From positions 310,001 to 374,000 of the forward strand of contig CM068742.1 in assembly GCA_035084275.1 (NCBI GenBank): DNA of 64,000 bases, in the 5' to 3' direction. This DNA comes from Hydrolagus colliei (Eukaryota). Under the pieces are notes generated by a model, which saw nothing but the letters and a program-made list of their open reading frames with translations, was not told where the DNA came from and did not search any database. Of this stretch, positions 38,298 to 50,433 are shown one piece after another. The translations under genes were made by a program, and so were the position numbers. Position 1 is the first letter of the stretch. Every line of letters begins with the position of its first letter.

Positions 38298-39299
38298 TCT
38301 CTTGCTTGCAAGGTGAGTGTTCTAACCACTGAGTTGGACTTCTCTTCAGAGGAACACATCTCAGTTACGTAATCCTGGAATTCAGGATAATTATTGTTTA
38401 AATCAGATGTAATTATTTACACACATACAGGTAGCCTGCCATAGATAGTATATTTTGGGAAGTTTGCAAAATTTACTGGGTTGTGATTATTTAGTCTTTG
38501 AAAGAAATGCATCATTGGGGACCTTTAGTTGTACGTAAGATTCTAATTGAGATTGAGAAAATAAACTCCAAACACTACATTCAGTTATTGCTGAGGCAGC
38601 AGAACAAGAGGTTTGAAGGTTGTAAAGGACAATTATGGAAAAATATTTACTCGTTGGTTGAGGTCGGGGAACTGGATTCAGTGAAGAAGTGGCTGGGTGC
38701 TATGCTGGAAGACTGGTGAGCTCTGGAACAGTGAGTTCCTCTAAACTTCATCTTAACTTCTCCTTTTTCAGCATAATTCCTCCATACTAGGGTTTGATAA
38801 TCACGGAGTCAGTTTGAAGCGGGATATTATGACACTGACCAATGAAAAACCCACTTTTTCGATGTGAAATTAAACTACAGTTGTGTACACAAGAGTGGAG
38901 GAGATGCGGAGTAGGCTTGAGCAGAAATGAAAGTAGAACATTTATTACTAGTGTAGATGTAAACATGTTGCTGCCTTATATTGAGTGATGGAGATAATTG
39001 GAAGGCTGTTCAACCATAAATGGATGTGACAACAGCATCTGCTGAAGACGAACTTCAACAGTCTTCCCAAAGGGTGATCATAAAACAGTGGATTTTATTC
39101 TGCTTTAATTGTGAGCAAACCAAAACTATTTCCTCAGTATTTATTTGCGTCAGTTACGAAAATAAATTATACAGAACACCATAACATCACTATGAATATA
39201 AGAGGATTTAGAAATTCTTAATCACTGAAACATCTCAAAAGTGCTTCAGAGCAATTAACTGTCAAGGATAGTGATTTTTTTTGTTGACAAGTTGATCTT

Positions 39300-39990
39300 C
39301 AGTGCACATGGTCTCTGGTCTCTCCAGCTCCACCACCATTTATGAAGTGCAGTTGATGCAAAACTCAGCCACCCATAACCTCAACTCTACCAAACGCTAT
39401 AGCCAACGTCTTTGCCAGGTTTTATGGCCTCCGTATCACAGAACAGATAGATTTCAAGATCCTCACATATTAACAAATCACTACTTGCTCTAGCACTTCC
39501 CTACCTCTCTCACCTGCTTCTAATTCATTGCTCTACCCACCCTCTTCAATCAGTAACTAAAGCCTTCAGCAGGTCTCTCAACCTCCCTACTCCACCAATA
39601 GTGGTAATGTTTTCAGCTACTGTACCCGGCCGAACCTCTGGAACTCCCTACCTCAATCCTTCAGATTGGACATCTTCAGATCGCACATTGAAGACTTCCT
39701 TGTTTACTGTACCTATGGTCCCCTTCGCCTTTCTGTCCAGGTCGGCATGATTGTGAAGCATCATAAGCATGGTTGTGAAGAGGAAAGTTTTTCAGATGGT
39801 AATTGAAGAGGGGGAGAGAGGACAAGGCGGATTGATTGTGGGACAATGTTCCAGAGTTTCGAGTGTAGTGGCTGAAAGCGCGACTTCCATTGGTAGGCGA
39901 AGGGTGGGAGGACAGTCCCAGTTGATTGGGGAGTGAGATTGTGGAGTGAGGAGGTCATGGAGATAGAGAGGCTCCAGAGAGTGAAGGGAT
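39300..39990. mobile_element. Two old L2 3' fragments tail-to-tail (+ 39300-39740, - 39770-39990)
   Basis: QLMQNSA, TTTCAAGATCCTC and CTCTGGAACTCCCTACC on +; LWNIVPQSIRL on -. Confidence 0.6.
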
Positions 39991-40630
39991 ACACTAGTTA
40001 TGTGTATGAAACAAAGCTGTAGATATCGGTGTTAAGCTTTTTATTAATAGGACAAAAACGTCAATGATGTAAATCACAGTTATAAATTGAAGAAGTTATA
40101 CATTTATCAAGTCAGTAATCTCTCAGGCCTTAATGTTGTTTACTTGTTTGTTGTGAATCATTTGTAGTTCTATGTTGCATGTTTCAGTGGCTTAACCAGC
40201 ATCTGTGGAAAGGAAGTGAACAGGGCTTCTGTGTGGTCTAAAGTGAGTTGTTCTGTTTTGTGTGGAGTTTCTGCACCCCTAATAGAAACTGCTGATACCT
40301 AACACATTCCTGAGTGTGAACAGTACAGTATCTACTTTGTTTGATTTCCTGGATAGGCTATTAAAAAGGCTGAACAGTGCATCGGGGATTTTGAGAGCAT
40401 TAGCACTGAATGATACCTTTACGTTGTGGGAATAGAAACCAATATATTGTAATCATAGCACCAACACGCTTTCACCACAATATTTCACGAGCAAAATTTA
40501 AAATGATGTTCATATTTTTCTATTATTCTTTTGTTGACCTAGAGATGTGGCATTTTGAGATGATGTGACCTGACATTCCCATTTTGTTTAGTTTGCATTT
40601 TCCTTTCCTTTTCCTTCACTTCTGCTTCAG

Positions 40631-40714
40631 AGTGGTCGAATAAATCCAGATGAAATAGATTTAGAAAACGAGCCCTGGTATAAATTCTTTTCAGAACTGG
40701 AGTTTGGACGTCCG
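40631..40714 (+). CDS. SORBS2: SORBS2 84-nt cassette exon SGRINPDEIDLENEPWYKFFSELEFGRP
   Basis: cttcag|AGT...CCG|gtaagt; phase 0-0; matches the known alternative-exon peptide IDLENEPWYKFFSELEFG. Confidence 0.95.
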
Positions 40715-41428
40715 GTAAGTTGAGTAGCGTAATTGGCCAACACCTGTAGCCTAGATATATGTAGAGTCCCATTTGTTTGCAAAAGGGACAGATTGATTCA
40801 TTTTGAGCAAACTGTTCATGTACTTTATTTTATTGTTATAAATTTTTAACTGGTACCCCCCCCATCTGTAAATCTATACTGTTGAGTAGTGGTGGTGCTT
40901 TAGAGTGAAGGTCTCTTTCGGTTGCTATTAATTGCTTGTAGCCTTAAGACTCCTTGTGTCGGTTAATTTTGCTGAGTGGCAGAAATGATAAGGGAAAGTT
41001 TTTTAAAAAAAATTCAGTTAGATCATTGCTCAGAGTTGTACAAGACTGAATGGAAGTAAAAAAAAATACCTGTACTAAATTATGTGATAAGATTTCCCTC
41101 AATTCATTTCCACACAGTACCATGAAGACTTCTATTTTATTAGTGGCTTGTTGTCAGCCTGCCATTTTCATATCCATTTATAATCATTTGACCAGCGGCT
41201 TTGTTTAAATTCCCAGGCTCTGCAAGGGCATTTGTAGCGTGTCTGGCTGTCCGTTCCACTCTTGTCTCTTCGTTTTCACTCTTATTTCTGTTATTTATTC
41301 TGTTGTTTGGTGCTTTCAGTTCCCAGCTCACCTAACCGTGTCACCTTTTCCTTATGTTCCATCCCATGGTGCCATTTGACTTTCCTCCACTCATCTCTTC
41401 ACCTCCTATATGCTGCTTGTGCCACCAG

Positions 41429-41494
41429 CCTCCCAAAAAGCTTTTGGACTATGTGCCAGAAAGGTCTCCCCATCTTTCTGCTGGGATTATAAAG
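41429..41494 (+). CDS. SORBS2: SORBS2 66-nt exon PPKKLLDYVPERSPHLSAGIIK
   Basis: ccaccag|CCT...AAG|gtaaca; phase 0-0; resembles human PPKKPLDYV. Confidence 0.9.
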
Positions 41495-43079
41495 GTAACA
41501 GCTAATTCTTTTTTCTTGAAATGCAGTACTTTGCTGTCACTGTTGCATCCTTTCGTGGTTATTATCACTGATACCATTTCGTGTGAACTTTCAGTTAAAC
41601 AGATAGCATTTTCCAGACTCTTGAGGTTCATTTGCACAAGCCTCTCACAGGAGTCCTGGTCCTCCCAAGGCTTCTCTGATTGATATTATTTTTTCTCCCA
41701 TCTTATTATAGATATCATCAATATGGAACTTTGGTGGTGGGATTGGCCAGGGTACTTTCATCCTTAGCGTCTAGCTAGTTGATGAAATTTATTCTATTTT
41801 TTAAAAAAAAGAAAGCAAAACTTGCCCGAACTTTGAATATTTGCACCTTTAATTTCTCTTATTTCTATTTTCAATCAATCAGAAGAAACTTTCTTCTATT
41901 CTCTCTTCCCTTTCTTTAGTCACTCAAGTGTTAGACTACAGATCGACGGTTACAATCTTGACACTTATCTTTGTCTCTAGATCCACTAAACAAAGGCTCA
42001 ACTTTGTGAACAATTGGCAAGCAAAGTGAAATTTCGAAGTTCGTGTTAAAAAAAAACAAGTTGTTAAAAATAAAATTGGCTTTCAAATGACTTTGAAGCT
42101 GTAGTTTCAGTTCTTTCCCATTAAGCTAGATTGGCAGCCAAACTGCTTTGATCCAGCAAAAGATTTTCGAATATAGACTTTATCTTCCATTCCATCATTC
42201 CACATTTATTCTTGAAATGTATTGTATCTTCAATTAATACATTGGATGTGCAATTTTTGAAGCAGTCAAAAGTGAGGCTAAAGATAACTTGATTCTATGT
42301 GTGTGGATAGGGAAGGAAGATGATGGAAAATAGTCCTTGTAAATACAGAAAGGAAATAAACAACTGGATGGAATAATGGGACTTATTTTGTTCTTGCACA
42401 GTCATTTACTGCAAATACACAGATTGTAACAAAACAACAAGAGTTCAAGGATGCAGGGAAAATATATATTTAAAAAGGAATCTGATTTTTCACTGAGATG
42501 GTGGGGGCGGGGGTGGTGGAAACGCAATTTAAAGTTTTAATAGCAAACGCTATTTAAAGTTTGGAAGCCACTGCTCTTAAGATTTGTTTTTGCTTTACTC
42601 ACTGCTTGCTTTCTGTTGACTACTTGCTTGTTCTCTTTATTCAGTCAGGAGATGATCTGTCATTGTCCTTGTCAAAGGGTATACATCAGGTTCCAATTTA
42701 TAAAGCATTGTCACAGCAGCTCTCTGGCTTAGTCCCACAAGATCGCCATGAAAAATTGGTATTTTATACCCCAGGTTTTGAAACATTGACAGAATTCGAT
42801 GCCCAGACGGGCATCAGTCGGCAGATCCTTGTGTCATTTTTGCAGCATTTACGAGAAGTATGATCCATCTGTTGCACAGATGTTGAGCAGTGAATCTGCC
42901 TGAATGAGTTGTGTGCTTTGTGAAATACCATCAAGCTTGTTAAGTTAAATCTGTGCAAATGGGTGCAGGAGAGATAGAAAATTACAGACATATTTTTCAA
43001 ATAAAATTCAAAACTGAACTTTGGAAACCACCAGGTGTAGACTCGCGTTCATTATGCACCATTTACGTTCATGTCACGT

Positions 43080-43395
43080 TAAAACTTTATTTTTTAAAAA
43101 AAAAACACAGGTCTAGATAGGGAATTACAGGTACACTTGGATTACAGGTAACCAATGAAACAGATTGGTGGTTAGTTATACAATAAAACCCTTTCATTTC
43201 AGTTTAATACAGAATTAAGTGCATTTCCTTCTGTGTAAATGCTTGTGGACAGCGGCATTAACTTCTGTGATCAACTATAATGTAGAGGATTTATTGAATA
43301 ACTAGCCACCAATCTGTTTTATTATAAAACCTGTAATTCAAATGTATCTGTAATCCCCTCTCTGGGCCTCCTTTTTTCAAAAAGTTAATGTTTTA
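43080..43395. repeat. Foldback / palindromic MITE-like element with about 140-bp imperfect arms
   Basis: GGGAATTACAGGTACACTTGGATTACAGGT..AAACAGATTGGTGGTTAGTTATACAATAAA pairs with TTTATTGAATAACTAGCCACCAATCTGTTT..ACCTGTAATTCAAATGTATCTGTAATCCCC. Confidence 0.8.
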
Positions 43396-43879
43396 CACAT
43401 TCTACAGATGAGATAATCCCGTCTGCTTGTTCAAAAGGACATTGCAGTGTTAAATATCTTTCTTGGGGAAGTTTGTTTTCAACGTATGGTCAACAGTTTG
43501 CTGGATAATATTAGAAATTCACCTAATCTCTCTAGGGAAATTTGTTGTGTGCGAAATGGTTATCGAGGTTGTTTATATATTTATTTAAAAGTCACTATAT
43601 GTCACATGAATTACCTTGAATTCCCCAGATAAACTTGTTTATTCAACTCATGGCTGTTTATGGACATTGCTATGACACATTCGCCTACAAATAGGCACTG
43701 TACTTAACAGTAAATCACATGAAGCTCTTTGAGAAGTTTCAATTACATGATATGAATGAAAGGATTATTATTATATGATTTTGAGATATTTGAATGTTAC
43801 AGATGCTATCGTATGGTACATGGTACATACGCACGGTTACAACATGATGCATTATAGGCGTTATTATTGTCTTCTTAGT

Positions 43880-44184
43880 GTGGAGTCCCGCAGCTCAGTG
43901 GTTAGAGCACTCGCCTTACAAGTGTGAGACCTGTGTTCGAATCCAGGCGAAACCTTGGGCGAGTTTCCTTACTCCACATGCCCAATAATAATACTGTACC
44001 TAAAACAAAATGTTTAATTGATCATTTCAATCCATGACTGTTTGAGGGACGCTGCTGTGTGCAATTGGCTGCCGCGTTTCGCCCACAAAATATACAGTCA
44101 ATTCACTTTATAGTATATTCTGTGAAGCGCTTTGACACGTCTAGAAGATGTTCAAGGCGCTATAACAAATGCAAGGATTATTAT
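43880..44184 (+). mobile_element. tRNA-derived SINE, full length (Deu-like core, L2-like tail)
   Basis: A box CAGCTCAGTGGTTAGAGC; B box GTTCGAATCC; core GCTGTGTGCAATTGGCTGCCGCGTTT; tail AAGCGCTTTGA..CGTC...GCGCTAT..AAATGCAAGG(ATT)n. Confidence 0.9.
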
Positions 44185-44433
44185 ATGCATGGCCCATGAT
44201 ATTTTCTGTACCTGATGGTTCAAATGGATTCAAATCAATGCATTTTAACACAGGCAGATAAATATATTGTGAGATTTTCCTTCATGTTACTGTACTCAGT
44301 TGATTTTAGGGTGAGAGCGAAGATTAAGATATGAAAACTTAATCCATTTTGTTTCTCAATGCTTGCATTTAACAATATACCTATAATGTTGAAATGTCTT
44401 GAGCTGCTTCACAGGAAATTGCAATTGACTGTA

Positions 44434-45883
44434 ACAACAACAACAAATTACATTTATAAAGCGCCTTTCACGTCGGGAGGACGTCCCAAGGCGCTGAACA
44501 GGAGGCGTGTGACCCGAGCTGGGAGGGGAGTGTTTGGGAAGGGGTGAAACACGAAGGGGAGGTAAAAGAGTTCGGGGTGGAACAAAAGGCACGATCGAAG
44601 AGGAAAGTCTTCAAACCGGCCTTGAAAGAGGAAAGGGAAGAAACGAGACGGAGGGATTGAGGGATGGCATTCCATAAGGTGGGAGCGGAGAAACTGAAGG
44701 CCCGGCCTCCGATGGTGGGGCGGTTCGGGCGGGGGGCTTGGAGCAGGCCAAGTCCTGTTGAACGGAGGGTCCGGGTGGGCGTATAGGGGGAGAGTAGATC
44801 GGTTAGGTAGGATGGGGCAAGGCCGTGCAAGGCCTTGAAGGTGAGGACGAGGATCTTGAACTCGATCCTCTGGAGGATGGGGAGCCAGTGGAGACGGGCG
44901 AGGGTGGGGGTTATGTGGTCGCGGAGGCGGGTGCGGGATAGTACACGGGCTGCAGAGGTTTGGATGGCCTGCATCCTGTGAATGGAGGAACTGGGGAGGC
45001 CGACGAGGAGAGAGTTTCCGTAATCCAGCCGTGAGGTGATGTACTCGTGCACGAGTGTTTCGGCAGCGCGGGGGGTAAGATAGTTGCGGAGCCTGGCAAT
45101 GTTGCGCAGGTGGAAGTAAGCGGTGCCGGTCAAGGCTCGGATGTGGGGGAGGAAGGAGAGTTTTTGGTTGAACATGATGCCGAGGTTCCTGATTGGCTTT
45201 GTGAGGTGGAGAGTGCAGCCTTGGATGTTGAGGCTGGCAGCGCCCGATGTGCGGAGGCGCTGGCTTGAGCCAATCAGGAGGGCCTCGGTCTTGCTCATGT
45301 TCAATTGCAGGAAGTTGTCCCTCGTCCAGGACTCGATGTCGGACAGACATGCTGTCAGAACATCGATCATCTGGGGGTTGAGGGATGAGGCAGAAAGGTA
45401 CAACTGGCTGTCATCCGCATACATGTGGAAATTTACCCCATGTTTGCAGGTGACGTCGCCCAGAGGGAGCGTGTAAAGGGTGAAAAGGAGGGGGCCGAGG
45501 ACAGAGCCCTGAGGGACACCGTGAGAAACTGTGCGGGGGTTTGAAGAAAAACCATTGGAAGAAACAAAGTGTAAACGGTGGGTCAGGTAGGAATGGAACC
45601 AGTCAAGGACTGTGCCTTGAAGGTTGAGGTGGGAGGAAAGACGTTGAAGGAGGATGGTGTGATCGACTGTGTCGAACGCAGCAGACAGGTCAAGGAGGAC
45701 GAGGAGGCAGAGGGAGCCCTGGTCACAGGCGGTTAGGATGTCATTTGTGACCTTGACCAGGGCAGTTTCTGTGCTGTGGATAGGGCGGAAACCTGATTGG
45801 AGGGGTTCAAAAAGTGAGTGAGTTGAAAGGAAAGAGCGGAGCTGGGAGGCAACCACTCTTTCAAGGACCTTGGATAAAAACAA
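44434..45883 (-). mobile_element. 5'-truncated L2-clade LINE with uninterrupted RT and C-terminal ORF2 portion
   Basis: ORF 44468-45883 has RT motifs QSGFRPIHSTETAL, LLDLSAAFDTVDH, GVPQGSVLGPLLF and YADD, plus L2-type LHWLP..RIEFKIL; the 3' tail ends in (TTG)n. Confidence 0.95.
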
Positions 45884-45992
45884 TTGTAGTGACTGTTTTT
45901 AGATAAACTATGATTATGTTGTTTACTTCACTGTAGACCAGATTGCAAGTCTCTACCAAACTGATTCTAATTTTATACATTCTTTATATAGA

Positions 45993-46306
45993 TGGAACTT
46001 CTGTAGGTCAGTGGTTAGAGCACTTGCCTTACAAGCGTGAGACCTGTGTTCAAATCCAGGGCGATACCTTGGGCAAGTTTCCTTACTCCACACGCCTAAT
46101 AATAATCAGTCAAAAAAACCCACAATAATAAAATTGGTCATTTAATTCCACGATTGTTTGTGGGACACTGCTGTGTGTAATTGGCTGCTGCATTTCGCCC
46201 ACAAATATACAATCAATTCACTTTACAATATATTCTGTGAAGCGCTTTGAGACATCGATAAGATGTGAAAAGCGCTATATCATATGCAAGGATTATTATT
46301 ATTATT
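45993..46306 (+). mobile_element. tRNA-derived SINE, full length
   Basis: Colinear with 43880-44184. Confidence 0.9.
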
Positions 46307-47329
46307 AAATACATACTTGTATTTGATAAAGTGCTTATAATGTTAAATTAATTGGTGTTCTTCAGTCTCAGACTCTTGATGGTATTGTATATTTTTAAAT
46401 ACAGTACTGTATCTTGAACTATAACACCACAGTGTGGTGCAACGTGGGATTACACCCATATGTATCAAGTGAATTGTTTTCATCCATGCCATCAAAGGGG
46501 TTCCTTTCCTCGCACTTCTTCGATGGTCGTTTGCAGAGACAAATAGCCTAGAAACAGGTCAAAGGCAAACCTCGCTGAACGTCAATAGCATTGTACATTC
46601 ACATCATTGTCGTACTTCAAAATATTCCAGCTTCTCTTCAATGCTTGGGACCTAGTGTTTACAATTACCATTTCCCCCAAAAAAGTTTTTTATTTCATTC
46701 ACATGTTCCTTAGCATCACTATCACTGAAGACAATAGCTGCTCACAGTTCAATCTGAAATGAATGTTTTCAGCACGTAATTCTACATTAAACAAATATTA
46801 CATGTTATTGTCATTTGAAAATGTACAGATATTGAAATCGAAAAATTGTGATCTTGCCACAAAGGCTGTACATTTGGTGAGATGCAGTGTAATTTGTCAG
46901 TAAATTCTCCTCCAACAACAAAATTGTAAATATACAGTCACTACACTTTGGTGTAAATCCTGTGATTCGCTTGAAATATCCTCCTAACATGAAGCGTGCA
47001 GATGAAGGATTTCTTTTAAAAGTAACATAAAGTATGGGACATTTAATGAGTAAAAGGTTGATTTTTTTTAGTTAAGCAACCTTTGGGTTTGTGCTGTAAA
47101 GATTGGGTTTGTGCTGTTTGAACGGTAAGATTAATATTTCTAGATTACTTTAAACATTGGTGAACCATAACAGCATTTTTCAATATGTTGCTGTATCATC
47201 GGTAAAGTTAACCTTTATGCAATTCCTATCAAGATCTCCAAAATCAGTAGAACAATTAGTGATTTAGATGCAAGTCAAATGGGCCATAATGTTTATGTCA
47301 ACAAGTGTTGACAGTAACAATCCCTTGAA

Positions 47330-47500
47330 AAAAATAATAATTTGGTCACTCGATCCATGACTGTTTGTGGAATAATTGGCTGTGCGTTTCGCCAACAAAT
47401 TAAACAGTCAATCCACTTTACAGTGTGTCCTGTGAATCGCTTTGAGACGTGTCAAAGGCGTGATAAGGCGTAATATCAAATGCAAGGAATATTATTATAA
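47330..47500 (+). mobile_element. SINE 3' half
   Basis: Core and tail of the same family, followed by (TA)n. Confidence 0.75.
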
Positions 47501-47501
47501 T

Positions 47502-47523
47502 TATATATATATATATATATATA
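47502..47523. repeat. (TA)n microsatellite at a SINE tail
   Basis: Read directly from the sequence. Confidence 0.9.
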
Positions 47524-47714
47524 AGCCGTATTGACTTTGTGAGATGCAATGGGCATCCATGGAGGGAGATGCTACCGAGGCCCAAGATATGTAGGCACTG
47601 ACTGGAGGCATCGGGCCCATCTTGTCCATGCCTGCTCCTTTGAAAAGAGGACTATTATAATGTCCTACAATAGGACATTATAATGTCCTATAATGTTATA
47701 GGACATTAGCTTTC

Positions 47715-48135
47715 AGGACTTAATGCCCGATAGGCAGCTTGCGAGTACAGCATTGGTCCTCGAAATGAGGGTGGAGGCGGAGAGATAGTGTTGGGTGTCA
47801 TCCGCATATTGACCCCCGTGTCTGCGGATGATGTCACGAAGGGGGAGCATAATAGATATTGAAAGGAGAGTGTCAAGGCCCAAGGCCTGAGGGATGCCAA
47901 ACGTGACAATACAGAGGCTGAAGGAAAAGCCATTCGTGACGACAAAGTGGGGGTGGTGTGAGAGGTAGGATTGAAACCAGGCAAAGGGTAGGTCTGCAAA
48001 CATTGTGCTGAGAGGAGAGGTGCTGGAGGAGGACAGAATATTTGACAGTGTTGAAGGCAGCAGAGAGGATAAGGAGGCTGAGGGAAACCTGGTCACAGAT
48101 GTTCAGAATGTCATTCGTGACTTTGGCTAGGGCAG
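47715..48135 (-). mobile_element. Degenerate L2 RT fragment
   Basis: YADDTQHYLSAST..LASCLSGIKS; AWFQSYLS. Confidence 0.82.
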
Positions 48136-48758
48136 GCAGTGCCTGAGAGAGGCTGGATGTATTTGGAAAAAAGGAGAATGAATATGCACCTCAGTCATAA
48201 TAGCCCACAATTTGCAGATTTGGTTGAGGTGCTTGTCATTGAAGAATCCTCGAATATTTACCGCAGATTCTGTCCACTCTACAGTAGTATCAACACTCCC
48301 ACTGGAGCTGTCCTAATCGCTGTCATTTCTACCCAAAATGTAATATTCTAACTCTTATTCAATTGCCTTTTGTGTATTTGGCTTCAAAAGCTGTGTGTGA
48401 TGAAAGAACCCACATTCTAATAATCCTGTGTAAAATAAATTAATCTGCCTTTCTTTTTCCCTCTGGCAATAAGCCTAATGGTGACATTAAAATCATCCGA
48501 GCAGTCCAATTAAAAAGTCTGCTGTTAAGGGGTTATGATGAGCAACAGCAAGCAGCCTGATTTGGTGTAGGGTGTTTTTTTTCTGTGATGCATAATATGT
48601 ACTTCCATCAAACCTGCCAATCTAATTGTCTGCTTGACAGCAAGTTCCATCATTGCAATGCAGTTTTACTGCCAAACCTGGAAGGAAATAGAAGAAACAT
48701 TTTGCTAATTTTGCAGTAAGCTAATGCCTTTCTTCAACTGTTTTTTTTCCACCTACAG

Positions 48759-48808
48759 ACTTCCTTGCATAACCCTTCAGTGGACAGAACCACAGATAGA
48801 CCTTCCAG
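48759..48808 (+). CDS. SORBS2: SORBS2 50-nt exon TSLHNPSVDRTTDRPS
   Basis: cctacag|ACT...AG|gtaaac; phase 0-2; resembles human ASLYQSSIDRSLERP. Confidence 0.9.
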
Positions 48809-48892
48809 GTAAACATTAATAATTTCTAATGACATTAGTTCTGATATTTGCTGCACAGTGGTTGTGGTCCAGGTTTTCACCAAACTCATCAT

Positions 48893-49390
48893 TATAGAAT
48901 TATACAGGACAGAAAGAGGCCATTCGGCCCATCTTGTCCATGCCTGCTCCTTTGAAAAGAGCTGAAAAGTTCATCCCATTCCCCAGCTCCCTTCCCATAG
49001 CCCTGCAAATTTGTCCTCCCCAAATATCTATCTACTCTCTTGAAAGTAGTTATTGAATCGGCTTCCACCACCATTTCAGGTCATGCATTCCAGATCTGAA
49101 CAACTCGCAGTGTGAAACAATTTCTCCTCTTGTTTCTTTTGGCAACTATTTAAAATCTGTGTCCTCTGGTTACTGACCAACTCTCTATGGGAAAGACTGA
49201 CTGTCTACGCCATCGAATCCCCTCGTAATTTTGAATACCTCTATTAACCTTCTCTGCTCCAAGGAGAATAATCCTATCTTTTCTAGTCTCTCCTGATAAC
49301 TGATTCCTGATACCATCCTGGTAAAATCTCCTTTGCACTCTCTTCAAGACCTTGACATTCTTCCTAAAGTGTGGTGCCCAGAACTGTACT
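48893..49390 (-). mobile_element. CR1 LINE 3' end
   Basis: KRVQRRF, SVTRGHRF, VVEADSITTFKR.DRY; 3' UTR GGGCCGAATGGCCT. Confidence 0.85.
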
Positions 49391-49827
49391 AATGCCAGAT
49401 ATTTTGCAGGAACAAATGCACAATGTAACTCAACGTCAGTGATTAATGAAACTAGAAAATGGACTACAATCTTGCAGATGCAGAATCAATTTTAACATCA
49501 TCAGTTTCAAAAGAAAGATAAATAGATGAGTTACAAGCCTGAAATTCCGTATAGTCTTAGCCTGACCATTGAGACCATTTTGTCTTAACTTAGAAACCGA
49601 TTTCTGTTTACTAAGCAAGCAGCCAACATAGCGGCTATATCCATGAAGAGAATGACCAATTTTACCTGGGGGATTGTTGCCCAGGTAACCGGGAGAAATA
49701 GAGCCATAGAAAATTACAGAACAATATCTGTGATAGCTCTATTAAAAACAATTGTTGAGTTCCATTTACCTACCCTTTCCACATATTTTTGTAGTTTGCA
49801 TCTTTTTAGGTGTGTATATAAAATAAT

Positions 49828-50103
49828 ATTTGATCACGCGCTTTTCACGTCGTCTAGACGTCTCAAAGCGCTTTGTAGAATAAAGTGAATTGACTGTATA
49901 TTTGTGGGCGAAACACAGCAACCAATTTCACATGACATTGTAGCACAAACAGTCGTGGATTGAAGTGACTGATTTTTTTTGAAGGATTATTATCGGGTGT
50001 GTGAAGTAAGGAAACTTGCCCACGGTTTCACCCTGCCTGGAATTGAACCCAGGTCTCTTGCTTACAAGGCGAGTACTCTAACCACTGAGCTACAGGACTC
50101 CAC
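49828..50103 (-). mobile_element. tRNA-derived SINE, near full length
   Basis: Reverse complement of the same family, including the tRNA head. Confidence 0.85.
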
Positions 50104-50226
50104 TGCTTTACATATCCTTGAGAAATTTCAAAGTGTTCCACAGAATATACTGTGAAATGAATTGAATGGATGTTTTGTGGGCGAAACACGGCAGACAACT
50201 GCGCACAGCATTGACCAATTTATGTA

Positions 50227-50433
50227 GAGTAAAAACCCATTTATCCAGCACCCTGGGGACCTGGCCAATGCTGGTTAAAGCACGTGCTGGATATTCGGCC
50301 GAAAACGCACCCCAAAAAAATTAAGATGCATTTTTCCAGATAAATTCCGGTTAATCGAATGCGGACTTTTTTTGAGGTGCCGGTTATACGGAAGTTACGG
50401 TCGATCGGGTGACGGTAAATGGGCTTTTACTTG
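50227..50433. mobile_element. Tigger-like MITE related to 53899-54572, opposite orientation
   Basis: TIRs GAGTAAAAACCCATTTATCC / GGTAAATGGGCTTTTACTTG with TA flanks; its right 80 bp reverse-complement the left end of the 53899 element (TTCCGTATAACCGGCAC..AAAAAAGTCC.CATTCGAT.AACCGG). Confidence 0.78.

Larger units (their letters stand above)
38003..38341 (-). mobile_element. SINE head split by a 216-bp insertion
   Basis: GAGTAAGGAAAC...TGGATTCAAACCCAGGTCTCTTGCTTGCAA [insert] ..GGTGAGTGTTCTAACCACTGAG. Confidence 0.8.

Noticed and set aside
43880-43950. tRNA-Val(TAC)-like gene
   Set aside because: It has A/B boxes and an anticodon-like loop but no proper acceptor stem, and it continues into a SINE body present in many copies; it is a SINE head.
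44454-45350. 298-aa minus-strand ORF and overlapping + ORFs
   Set aside because: Alternative-frame shadows of the GC-rich L2 ORF2.
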